This document shows, one piece after another, positions 21,301-31,222 of a stretch of DNA of 32,000 nucleotides. Source of the stretch: Mycoplasmoides pneumoniae FH (GTDB lineage: Bacteria > Bacillota_I > Bacilli_A > Mycoplasmatales > Mycoplasmoidaceae); assembly GCF_001272835.1 (NCBI RefSeq), contig NZ_CP010546.1, positions 120,001 through 152,000 on the forward strand, given 5' to 3'. The notes below the pieces were generated by a model. That model was not told the DNA's origin. It ran no database searches and was given only the letters and a program-made list of their open reading frames with translations. Made by a program: the position numbers and the translations under genes. The stretch's first letter is position 1; each line of letters opens with the position of its first letter.

Positions 21301-21328
21301 CACACACACAGAGAGAGAGAGAGAGAGA
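21301..21328 (+). repeat. (CA)5(GA)9 compound dinucleotide tract followed by gcaatttagaaa
   Basis: Read directly. It sits at the junction of the methyltransferase core and the C-terminal domain. Confidence 0.95.
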
Positions 21329-21905
21329 GCAATTTAGAAACTAATTTCGAAAGTTTCTCTAAACGTGTATCTGGCAAGGATCTGTTTAATTTAGCAACTA
21401 ATTTTTTTGATAAGTTTCCCTTAGTTGTAAAAGACAAAAAATTTCCTGGTGCAATTTCCATTTATAGCAGTTCGGGCGTAAAATACGCCGAACTGAAAGA
21501 GATCCCTAATATAAAGAATAAGGAACAAATTTCCAAATACAAGATCATTATGCCCAGAATAACTGGTAGCGGTGTGTTTGGTGATTACAGACCCAATATA
21601 AAAATTGTTGAACCTACTGGAGTTTGCACTCATAGTTATGTAGTTGCTTATTTAACGACAAATAAGTTTGAAGTTGAAAATGTCTTTTTATACATGAAAA
21701 CTAAATTTTTTAGATTTTTTGTCGAGATTTTTAAAGCAACCATCAATATCAGTTCACATAACTTCAAATACGTTCCCATTCAAGATTTTTCCCGTCCTTG
21801 AAATGACAGGGAGCTTTATCAAAAATACAACTTAACTCAAGAAGAATGACAATACATCGAGAACAATATTAGTTCTTATGAAAATTAGCTTTAAAATTAA
21901 GGAAC

Positions 21906-24900
21906 ATGAAATTTAAGCTTAATTTTCACGAAAAAATCAACCAAAAAGATTGCTGACAATCTCTAATTGATCACAAGGAACGTTCCTACTCATTAGACTT
22001 CGTTAATAATACGGAAAAGGAACTACCACTTATCTATGGATACGAAGTAAAAGACTTTGAAAATCACGGGGTTAAAATTGGTTATACAACATGTAAACCG
22101 TCTGAGAAAATTCAATCAGCGATAGAAGAACGTATCCTTTCACAAGAAAAAGAATTTCGCTTTTTAGATGAAAATATAGAAAAGATAGAGGAAGTTAAAG
22201 TTATCTTTTGAGCTATTGCCATCAATGAAAAGGATGAATCATTCAAGGATTATTCACTCCATTCATTTATTAAGGAAAAAAACTTATTAAAAGAATCGCA
22301 AGCTGGCGGTGAATGGTTCATAGTTGATGAAAATAAGGATAAGTTTGAATATCTTAGCCAAATTTTTAGACAGTTTCGCGCACCTTTTCTTTTTAAAAAT
22401 AAGGAAATTTATACACCTAGAAAAGAGCAAGCCGCATGTGTTGAAGTGTTAGAAAGATACTTTCAAGCCAATCCCGAAAACGGTAGGTTTTTAATGAACT
22501 GCAAAATGCGGTTCGGTAAATGTTTCACCTTGTACTCTTATGCACAAAAGAATAACATTAACAAGATTTTGATCCTAACGTTTGTTCCAGCTGTCGAAGA
22601 ATCTTGAAAGGATGATTTAAATCACATTGAAAAGAATTACAAATTTTATACCGATGATGATTTGCAAAAATCTAATTTTGATTTAAAGAATCAAAACGAG
22701 CCTTATGTAGTCTTTTTATCACTGCAAAACGTCTTAGGTAAACAAAGAATAGATGGCGCCAAAACTGATTTTGATAAAGAGCGAATTAGTAAGCTACAAG
22801 AGATTGATTTTGATTTAATTGTTTTTGATGAGTACCACTACGGAGCCAACAAAAAACGAACCCAAATCAAAGTTGAAAAAGTCAATAAAAAGATTGATAA
22901 TCCAGAACAGCAAGATAATCAAGATGATGCTGAGGAAGAATTGGCAAGTACTTTTAAGTTAAAAGACATCAAAAGTAAATTTCAATTTTCATACAAACAA
23001 TTAGTTTGTCTGTCAGGTACTCCTTTTTCCTCTTTAAGAAATAATGAGTTTTCCAGTAAAGATCAGGTGTTTACTTATTCTTACTTTGATGAACAGAAGG
23101 CCAAATCAGCAGAAAATCACCCACTCAAATTAGGGCAATACGGAATATTTCCGGAAATGAATATTTACTGTTTTGAATTGGCGGAAATTTTTACTGCACA
23201 AGAACAAGAAATATTCATAACTCCAGGTAAAGGTAAAAATAAGTTACCTGAAATTAGTTTTCGAAAGCTGTTTCAAACGGAAAACGTTTCTAAAGAATCA
23301 AGCAAACCAGTTTACAGATTTGTAAATGAAAACCTGGTTGAAAAGCTTATAGATTCTTTAATTGATAAACGTAAAGGTTTTAGCCACACACCTTTAAGTT
23401 GGGAAAACATTGACAAGCATAAGCATTCCTTATTAATTTTGCCAACTAGAGTTGCTTGTTTTGCGTTGGCCAATTTACTTAAAAATCACTGGTACTTTGA
23501 AAACAATGATTTTCAAATTATCAACATGTCAGAGAGCCAGTTTGGTAATGGCAAAAAAGCTTTAATTGAGCTTAATAAACACTTAGATGAAGCTAAAAAG
23601 ACTAATAAAAATACTTTAACTATTACTGTAGCTAAATTAACTATTGGTATTACAGTTAAAGAGTGATCGACAGTATTTTTCTTGAAGGATTTAAAGGGTG
23701 CTGAATCTTATTTCCAAACGATTTTTAGAATCCAAACTCCATATATAAAGAACTGTAAAAATCTGAAAGAAATTTGTTATGTTTACGACTTCAACATGTA
23801 TAGGTGTTTGGAAGTTACTAACGAGTATTCAAAACAAACACAAACAGACCCTAAATTTAGTGCTAGTTGATTCCAAAACTTAGACAAATTTTTACCTATC
23901 TATTTAGTTAGAGGCGATGAAATTCAAAAGACAGATCCAGAAATATTGCAGAAGTATGAGTACTTCATTATGGACAAGCGTGCATTCTCTACAAGATGAA
24001 TGGATGAAAGTAACATTATCGACATAGATGTACTTTGCAATGTTGGGCAAGATGAAGATGCGCAAAAAATATTGAAAAAAATATTAGCTCATAAAAAATT
24101 TAAATCATCCAAAAAGAAGCGAGAGTTTGAAGACGTTCATTTGGAAAAAAGTCCAAAAAGTGAGGCATTTAGTGAAGGCGTTCGCTCTGGTAAGGATTAC
24201 GCCGCTGAACAAGGTAATGTTTTAGAAGAACTTGAAAATTTCTGAAACTTTAACCAAGCATTAGAACAAAAAGCAAAAGCTGAATTTCAACAAAAAAACT
24301 TTGATGATAATGAATGAAACAATTACAAAAAAGGGTTTAATTTTGGAGTTAATAAGCATTTTGAAGATAAAGTTTCCATAAAGAAAATTGTTCAGAATAA
24401 AATCAAAGACTTTAAAAAAAGAAAAGGAAGAACAACTTCAACTTTTAAAAAATGAAAATGGTTATATTTCTGATGAGAATAACTTAAAAAAGCTAAGAGA
24501 TTTAATTAAAGAATATGTACAAAACAGAAGCAACATACCTCCAGAATTAGACTGATTTTTTTACCGAGACCGTTTTATTCAGCTCTTTGAAAAGAGTTGT
24601 TACCAGCATTTCAAAAAGAAGACTTTAACTGAAGAACAAAAAGAGAAAAAGAAAAAAGTTAATGACAACTTTGATAGTTTAATGCATACATGGGCACGTG
24701 TTCTGCACTTTCTTTATGTATCTGTTTATAGAGAAAAAACTTTAAGAGATGTGTTGAATAAAACTGATCCCAAAGTTTTTTCAGTGGCAGTCGGAATTGA
24801 AATGGATGAGTTTTCCAAAATCCAAAAATTTTTTAAAGTGGAAAATATGAATAGACTCATCGAACAGTTTAGTTTTAGAGAAAGTGTTAAAACTGAAAAC

Positions 24901-24969
24901 ACAGAAAAATCACAGTATAGAAACAGTTTCAATTGATTCGGTTTTGGCCCCGATAGTTTAAAGAGCTAA
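21906..24969 (+). pseudogene. GIY-YIG/T5orf172-like domain + SF2 (DEYH) helicase, Res-like protein, ~1020 aa if an A7 frameshift is corrected
   Basis: ATG 21906 follows aaggaa. Frame 3 runs through track ORFs 22662, 23682 and 24000 (joined by UGA) to TAA 24480-24482. Frame 1 is open from 24382 to TAA 24967-24969. Motifs: LIYGYEV..VKIGYTT...LHSF...GGEWF; helicase I-like MRFGKCFT, II VFDEYHYG, III LSGTPF, VI-like YFQTIFRIQT. Changing A7 (24414-24420) to A6 fuses the two frames. Confidence 0.75.
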
Positions 24970-24985
24970 ATTTCACATTTTTAGT

Positions 24986-26811
24986 ATGAACAAAAATAGT
25001 GGTAAAGACTACGAATCGATTCAAGGTAAGATTAAGAGTAAAGCTGAAATAGAAGATTCAGTTATATTGGAAAAAGAAACTTTGCAAGGCAAGGGTGAAG
25101 AAAAAACTAAATTAGATGAGTTGATTAGGTGAGAGGCCGAGAAAAATGACTTACTCAAGTTAATTGACAACGTCGGTAATGACGAAGTTTTCACTCCCGT
25201 AGAAACTTGTCAAAGAATGCTCGATGAGCTCTTTCCTGAAGATCATGAAGTTTGATCAAATCCCGATCTCAAGTGATTAAATCCGTGTGATAAAAACGGA
25301 GTTTTCTTTCGCGAAATTGCGCTAAGACTTGATAAAGGATTAACCAAAATTATTCCCGACGAATATGCCCGCAAGAAGCATATTATGACCAAGATGCTTT
25401 TTAGCATTGGCTTAACTAAATTTACTAGTTTGATGGTGCGTCGCACGCTTTACTATTGCATTAAAGCTAACAAGCGTAAAATCAGCGAAGATGAGGGTTG
25501 TGCAATTGCAAATGGCGCACGATTTAATAATGAATTTGGCAATGTTGTTACCCCTTATAAAGAACACTATTTTGGAAAAGAATCGAAAAGCAAAAACTGT
25601 CACTTTTGTGGGACAAATAAGAATTCTAAATATGTAAATTCTATGACTGAAGAAAAGTATGCCTATGACTTCATTCATTTAAATTCGGATGAATATGAAA
25701 ACTACTTTAAAACTAATTTTGGTGTTATGAAATTTGATGTAATTATTGGAAATCCGCCTTACCAGCTATCTAATGGTAGCGGTTCTGATGGCAATGGAGC
25801 CAAAGCAATTTTTCAAGATTTTGTTTTAAAAGCAATTGACTTAGAACCAAAATATTTAGCGATGATTATCCCAGCAAAATGAATGATTTCTGCTGAAAAT
25901 ATTTTTTTAAATCTAAGAGATAAATTAAAGAAAAATAAAGGTATAAAAGAAATTAATATTTTTTTCGACTCTAAAGACTGTTTTCCAAAGAGAGAAATAA
26001 AAGGTGGCATTTGTTACTTTATCTGGCAGAATAACTATCAAGGTAAGACTCTTATAAATACCAAATTTTCAAAGAAAGGAAAAAGCACAGAGATCGATAG
26101 TTCTAAAAGAAACTTATTTGTTTCCGTTTTAAACAACACTGAACAAATCATTTTTCGCAAAAGGATTTGACAAGACATTTACACAAAGATTGATTCCATC
26201 TCTGCTAGTGAAATGAAGAACACACACACACAGAGAGAGAGAGCAATTTAGAAGTTAGATTTCTTAATTTCTCTGATTACGTTTCAACGCAAAAATTCTT
26301 TAATCTAAGAAGTAATTTTTTCGATAAATTTCCTTCGATTTTGAAAGCAGAAAAATTTCCCGGTTTGATTGCAATTTATGGAAGTCATTCGGTTATTAAA
26401 CACGTGGATATTAAAGATATTCCGCAAATAAAAAATAATGAAGAAATTGCTAAATACAAAATTATTGTTCCACACGTTTATAGCCGTGGCAATGGAACTT
26501 TTGGAAATTACAAACCAAAAGTAAAAATTATTAAACCTAATGAAATTTGCACCGAAACTTATTTAGTGGTATATCCCACCGAAAGTAAAGTTGAGATTGA
26601 AAACGTCGCTTCTTATATGAGAACTAAATTTTTCAGATTTTTAGTTGAAATTTTTAAGGATTCTATTAACACAAATTCTCAAAATTTCAAGTTTATTCCT
26701 CTACAAGATTTTTCACGTCCTTGGAACGATAGAGAACTTTATGAAAAATACGGTTTAACACTCGAAGAACAGCAATACATCGAGGCGAACATAAGTGCTT
26801 ACGAGGACTAA
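24986..26811 (+). pseudogene. Gamma-class N6-adenine DNA methyltransferase, copy B; out of frame only at the (CA)n(GA)n tract
   Basis: Frame 2 from 24986 to 26251 gives 421 aa with [26 protein letters not shown] and [12 protein letters not shown]. Frame 1 is open from 26209 to TAA 26809-26811 (C-terminal domain ...TKFFRFLVEIF...PLQDFSRPWNDRELYEKYGLTLEEQQYIE). Removing one dinucleotide gives a single stop-free ORF of 607 aa. Confidence 0.85.
26221..26242 (+). repeat. (CA)6(GA)5 compound dinucleotide tract followed by gcaatttagaag
   Basis: Read directly. It is positionally equivalent to 21301-21328 in copy A but the unit numbers differ. Confidence 0.95.
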
Positions 26812-26957
26812 ATTGCCGCTAATTGAATTGATTAAAGTTTTGTTTTTAAGCGTTTTAAGTACTACTTTTAATACTTCGAAAAACGCAATCAAAACAAATA
26901 CTCCCAAAACTAAATTTTAGATACAAAAATAACAACTAAACACATTAAAAAGTGGTT

Positions 26958-26966
26958 TGCTATACT
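26958..26966 (+). promoter_or_regulatory. Candidate extended -10 element TGcTATACT
   Basis: Good match to TGnTATAAT in the 306-bp AT-rich spacer, ~150 nt upstream of the MFS gene. Sequence match only. Confidence 0.3.
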
Positions 26967-27117
26967 CTTTTATTACTAGTGGTTTTACACATTTTTTCAC
27001 TTAACAAAAAGTTTTAAAAAACACCAAAATTGCCACCAGCTAGCAAATCCAACACATAAAGAAAAACGTTCTTTTAAGGCTTATTAGAATAAGGGTAGAT
27101 TATTCATTAGTTGTTGT

Positions 27118-28730
27118 ATGCTAGATAAATTACTCCAGAAATTTCGAGACCAAAAGAAGCCCGTCTTCCACAAAGAAGAGGGCTACTGGGAAATTAGTGC
27201 CTTGCGGAAATGGGCAGCCATTTTAATAATTGCCTTTGGAGCTGGCATTATTTACATTGTGCCCTACTTTGCCTTCTTTCAGTTTAAGACAGCAGTAGCT
27301 AATGTAACGGGAGTGGAGCCCAACAGAATCTCCCTTCTCTTAACTGCTTACGGGATTGTTTCATTGCTGTTTTATATTCCTGGTGGTTGGTTAGCTGACC
27401 GGATTTCAGCTAAAGCGCTGTTTTCGGTATCAATGTTTGGTACTGGCATTATTACCTTCTGGTACTTCTTAGTTGGTTTGAAGGGCATAGTGTGGATTAC
27501 ACCCAACTAGTTATTATCCACGTCCTGTATGCCCTTAGTACGGTCTTAACCTTCTGGAGTGCCTTCATTAAAAGTATTAAGTTATTGGGTCCAGCGGATG
27601 AACAAGCGAGGTTGTATTCCACATCTGAAGGATCACGCTACTTAATCCAAGTAATTACTGGTTACATTAGTGCTGGTTTGGGTGCTATTGTCCTTATTAG
27701 TACTCCCTTTCTCATTTACAAAGCACCAACTGCTGCTGACCCTAAAAACTTAGCTTCTTCCTCAGGGATCTTCTTTGCCTTACTGTTTTATGCCATTTGT
27801 TATGTGTTAGCTGGTTTACTGTCACTGTTTTTTTTACCAGGAAAGTTCTGGGAAAAGCGCAAGATTTACTTGGAAGATGAACGAATTGAATACTTTAACC
27901 CTGTGGACCAGGCTTATCACATCTTTAAATCGGAAGCAGAATTAGAAGCCTTTAAGAAACATAACACTAAGGTTTTTTGAACGAAGGTATGAACTGATAC
28001 CAAAGAAACTTTGAGTTCTACAAGCGTTTGGTTAATTGCCTTTCTGATCTTCTTTATTATGAATGTGTACCAAACGATTGCTAACTTTGGTGCTAACATT
28101 TTGGAATCGCTAGGACTAGAGGCAGCACTCTCCCCAACTTTAAGTAATACCTATATCTATGGGATTCCGGTGTTAGGGGCAATCTTTTCTGGTTTGATTA
28201 ACAAAAAGTTAACTAAATCAACCGCTAAAAGTCTGATTGTGCAAGCCTTGTTTGTCATTTTGGGTACCTTAGCCTTTTTAGTAATAACACTAGCTTCCCC
28301 AGCCAAACCAGAAACTGGTGCATTTAACCAAGCTACCTTGTGAATAGCATTTGTGGTGATTTGCTTCATCATGTTCTTTATTGGCGCGAACCGTTCCATT
28401 TTTTGGAGTACGATCACAGAACTGAAAGTCAATAAGGAAATAGTAGGACTGGCAGTTGGTTTTATTTCGATTATTGGTTTTTCCAAAGATGTGTGGTTAA
28501 GTCCCTTACTGACTGGTACTACTAACCAGTTCATTGTCAAAAACAGTCAGGGTACCTCGTTTTACAGCCAGCAAGCCTTGGTAGCCTGAGCCATTTTTGC
28601 CCTAATTAATGCTTGTTTAGCACTACTAGTGACTTACATGATAGTGCGCAAAGTGAAGTATGGCAAAGTGTGAGTTAACCCTAAATTTAAAAAAGTCTTT
28701 GCACTAGGAGAACAACAATATGGACACTAA
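27118..28730 (+). pseudogene. MFS-type transporter split by a frameshift near 27489-27495 (~536 aa if repaired)
   Basis: Frame 1 from 27118 to 27510 (stop TAG) contains the MFS loop motif GGWLADRISAKA. Frame 3 is open from 27414, and track ORFs 27492, 28011 and 28353 join via UGA to TAA 28728-28730. Multiple hydrophobic helices on both sides of the shift. The sequence gtgtg at the junction suggests a 2-nt insertion. Confidence 0.75.
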
Positions 28731-30522
28731 ATTAACACCACCCTGGTTGCGTCAAGAAAATAACCTGCTCAACCCCGAAGTTACCCAACGTTTGTTTATC
28801 AACCAGGACAACATTCCGAACTTACCCACTGAAGCCCCCCAAGTTTATTTAGCCCGTTTTTTGGAATGAGTTGAACCACTAGTCTCGAAAGTAAAATTTG
28901 TGAAAGCACAAGCAGCAGTTCAGGATTACCTCAATTCTAAAGCCTGTGCACAAATTGAAACCATTATTGCAGAACGGGCGCAAAACACCCATTCGAGTTG
29001 GTTAGCTAACTGGTGGGTGCAGTACGCTTATTTAACTTCGACTGGCCCGGTTAGTCCGGAAGTTAATGCACCCTATTATTTAGAGCTCCCGACTGTTGGT
29101 TGAAGTCAAGCCGAGTTAGCAGCAGCATTGTCAGCCCAGCTATGACACATATACCAGCAAGTCCAAAAACGGCAGTTAACGAGCTTTAGTGTCAAGGACA
29201 AGCTGTTTTCACTCGATACCTTGCAATCAATCTTTGCTAGTTGCCAGATTCACCGCGCTGATGGGGATGTGTACTTTGTTAATGATCAACCTGCTAACTT
29301 CATTGTGGTGATTAAGAACAATGTCTTCTATAAGTTAGTAATAGATAACAGTGGTAGCTTAGAACAACTGCAAGCGCAACTGCAGTTAAGCTTTGTGCAA
29401 ATCTTAGACAATGAGCTAAGTCACCCACCGCACTGGAACTTACTCACTGCTACCACAACCAAAGCGGAGTCACAAAGTTTACTCGATCAGTTGTGAGCGC
29501 AAAACCCAGAAATGTTGTTGGACATCTATAACAGTGCCTTTATTGTGAACTTGGACAACGTCGAATTAACGACTCCCTTACAACTGTTGCGCAATTCGAC
29601 ATGAACCCCTAACTTTAACCGTTGGCACGCTAAGGGGATTCAGTTGGTCATTACTAAGAACGCTCAGTTAGTCATTCTAGCGGATCACACTAGTTTTGAC
29701 GGTTCTAGTGTAGCTACCCTAGCCAACATCTTTGTCTCTAAACTCCAAAAGGTCAACACTGAGGGTGCCAGCGCTTTAACACCGACCATGCTTTCCTTTC
29801 CAACAGTAGACCAGGATAAGCAAAAGTATTTTAAGCAATTGAGCAAAAATTTTAAGGACTATGTGTACAATGCCGTTATGTTTGAACTGAAATGGGACTG
29901 GTTTACGAAGCCACTTATCAAAGCCAAAGGGATTAAGAACTCCGAAGCCTTTATCCATCTCTGTTACCAAATTGCCCAGTACCAAACGAACAAAAAGTTG
30001 CAGAACACCTATGTGGCCGTGGACATGCGTCAGTACTTCCGGGGACGCACCGAGTGTCTTCGTCCTTTAAGTAAACAATCAGTTGCCTTTGTCAAACGCT
30101 ACTGCAAAGATCCGAAAGGTACCTTAAAGCAGTTCCGAAAGTACTACCCAGCGATTGAAAGTCTCCACTTTGAAAAAACCCGGTTAGCGCAAAAGGGTAG
30201 TGGGGTCAACCGTCACTTGCTGGGAGCATATTTGGCTTGGAATGAACACCAAGACACAATAGCTAAACCCGCTTTATTTGAAACAAAGGCTTGAAAAACG
30301 ATTGCTGCCAACCCACTGTCCACATCGAGCATTGTGGACAAGTATTTGCGCAACTTTTCCTTCGACCCCGTAGAGCCAAACGGCATTGGTATTGCCTATG
30401 CCATTGATGACACTAATTTCCGTGCCATTCTCAGTGTGTATCAGCACAACTTACAGTACCTCAAAGATTGGATGAAACACTTTGAACAAACAGTGAAAAC
30501 AATCCTTAAAACTCTTAAATAA
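28720..30522 (+). CDS. Carnitine/choline O-acyltransferase-family protein, 600 aa
   Basis: Five frame-1 track ORFs (28900, 29221, 29644, 30334 and the ATG at 28720) join through UGA. Catalytic-His motif LADHTSFDG (His codon 29686-29688), LSTSS motif, and FDPVEPNGIGIAYAI resembling GFGPVVPDGYG of eukaryotic carnitine acyltransferases. The start overlaps the MFS stop by 11 nt. Confidence 0.8.
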
Positions 30523-30564
30523 AATTACTCCTTAATGGTTAATTGAGTTAAAACGGTTGGAGAT

Positions 30565-30573
30565 TGTTAAAAT
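30565..30573 (+). promoter_or_regulatory. Candidate extended -10 promoter TGtTAAAAT for infC-rpmI-rplT
   Basis: ttgttaaaat lies ~40 nt upstream of the infC ATG. Sequence match only. Confidence 0.4.
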
Positions 30574-30611
30574 ATTGGCGCTATACAAAGTAGTCTTTAC
30601 GACTCGCCCGA

Positions 30612-31217
30612 ATGCCGTTGATTCTTGATCAGGGCTGTTTTGTTAGTGAAAGTAGATTTCATAGATTGGCACAGAACATAAAACAAGGTTCCAGGCGTGA
30701 GCGCGAACAAAAACCGTTAATTAACGATAAAATTGGCTTTAATGAGTTCATTTTAATTGACGAAAATGGCTCCAATTTGGGGACGGTTAGAAGGACCGAT
30801 GCCCTCAAGATGGCTGAGGAAAAACAACTCGATTTAGTCTTAATTGGTTCAAACCCAGCCAAACCCATTGTTAAGCTCTTAGACTTTGGTCGTTACACTT
30901 ATGATTTAAAACGCAAAAAACGCCAGTCCAAGAAAAACCAAACCATTATCCAAATAAAGGAAGTGGTAGTGAAACCGACAATCGCTAAACATGATCTGGA
31001 ATTTAAAGCTAAGCAAACGACGGGATGAGCTGAAAAGGGTTATCACGTTAAGTTTGTAGTGCGCGCTTTTGGTAGAGTAAGTACTAGGATTGAGTTAATT
31101 GAAAAAGTCTTTAATGACTTTTATCTGCTAGTAGAACCAGCAGTGGAGGTCCAAAAACCACTAACTGCTTCTTCCAAAACAATGTATTCTGCTTTGTTAA
31201 TTCCCCGTAAGAAATAA
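30612..31217 (+). CDS. infC: Translation initiation factor IF-3, 201 aa
   Basis: [61 protein letters not shown]. One UGA joins track ORF 30612-31028 to the C-terminal domain ([13 protein letters not shown]). Conserved infC-rpmI-rplT order. Confidence 0.9.
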
Positions 31218-31222
31218 AAATT

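Larger units (their letters stand above)
20005..21888 (+). pseudogene. Gamma-class N6-adenine DNA methyltransferase, copy A (Eco57I/TaqI-like); disrupted
   Basis: Frame 1 from 20005 to 21219 gives 404 aa with [26 protein letters not shown] and [12 protein letters not shown]. The C-terminal domain is open in frame 1 from 21301 to TAG 21886-21888 (...TKFFRFFVEIF...PIQDFSRPWNDRELYQKYNLTQEEWQYIE). Relative to copy B it has a 1-nt shorter A tract (21187-21192), TAA where B has TGA-Trp (21195-21197), and out-of-phase dinucleotide tracts. Confidence 0.8.

Noticed and set aside
21241-21345. Possibility that the dinucleotide modules or the three ~190-bp repeats form a CRISPR array
   Set aside because: There is no regular repeat-spacer periodicity and no cas genes. 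The repeats are either microsatellites inside a gene or kilobases apart.
30612-30614. Expected non-canonical (AUU-type) autoregulatory start codon for infC
   Set aside because: The ORF begins with a normal ATG and gives the expected length of ~201 aa. There is no evidence for an unusual start.
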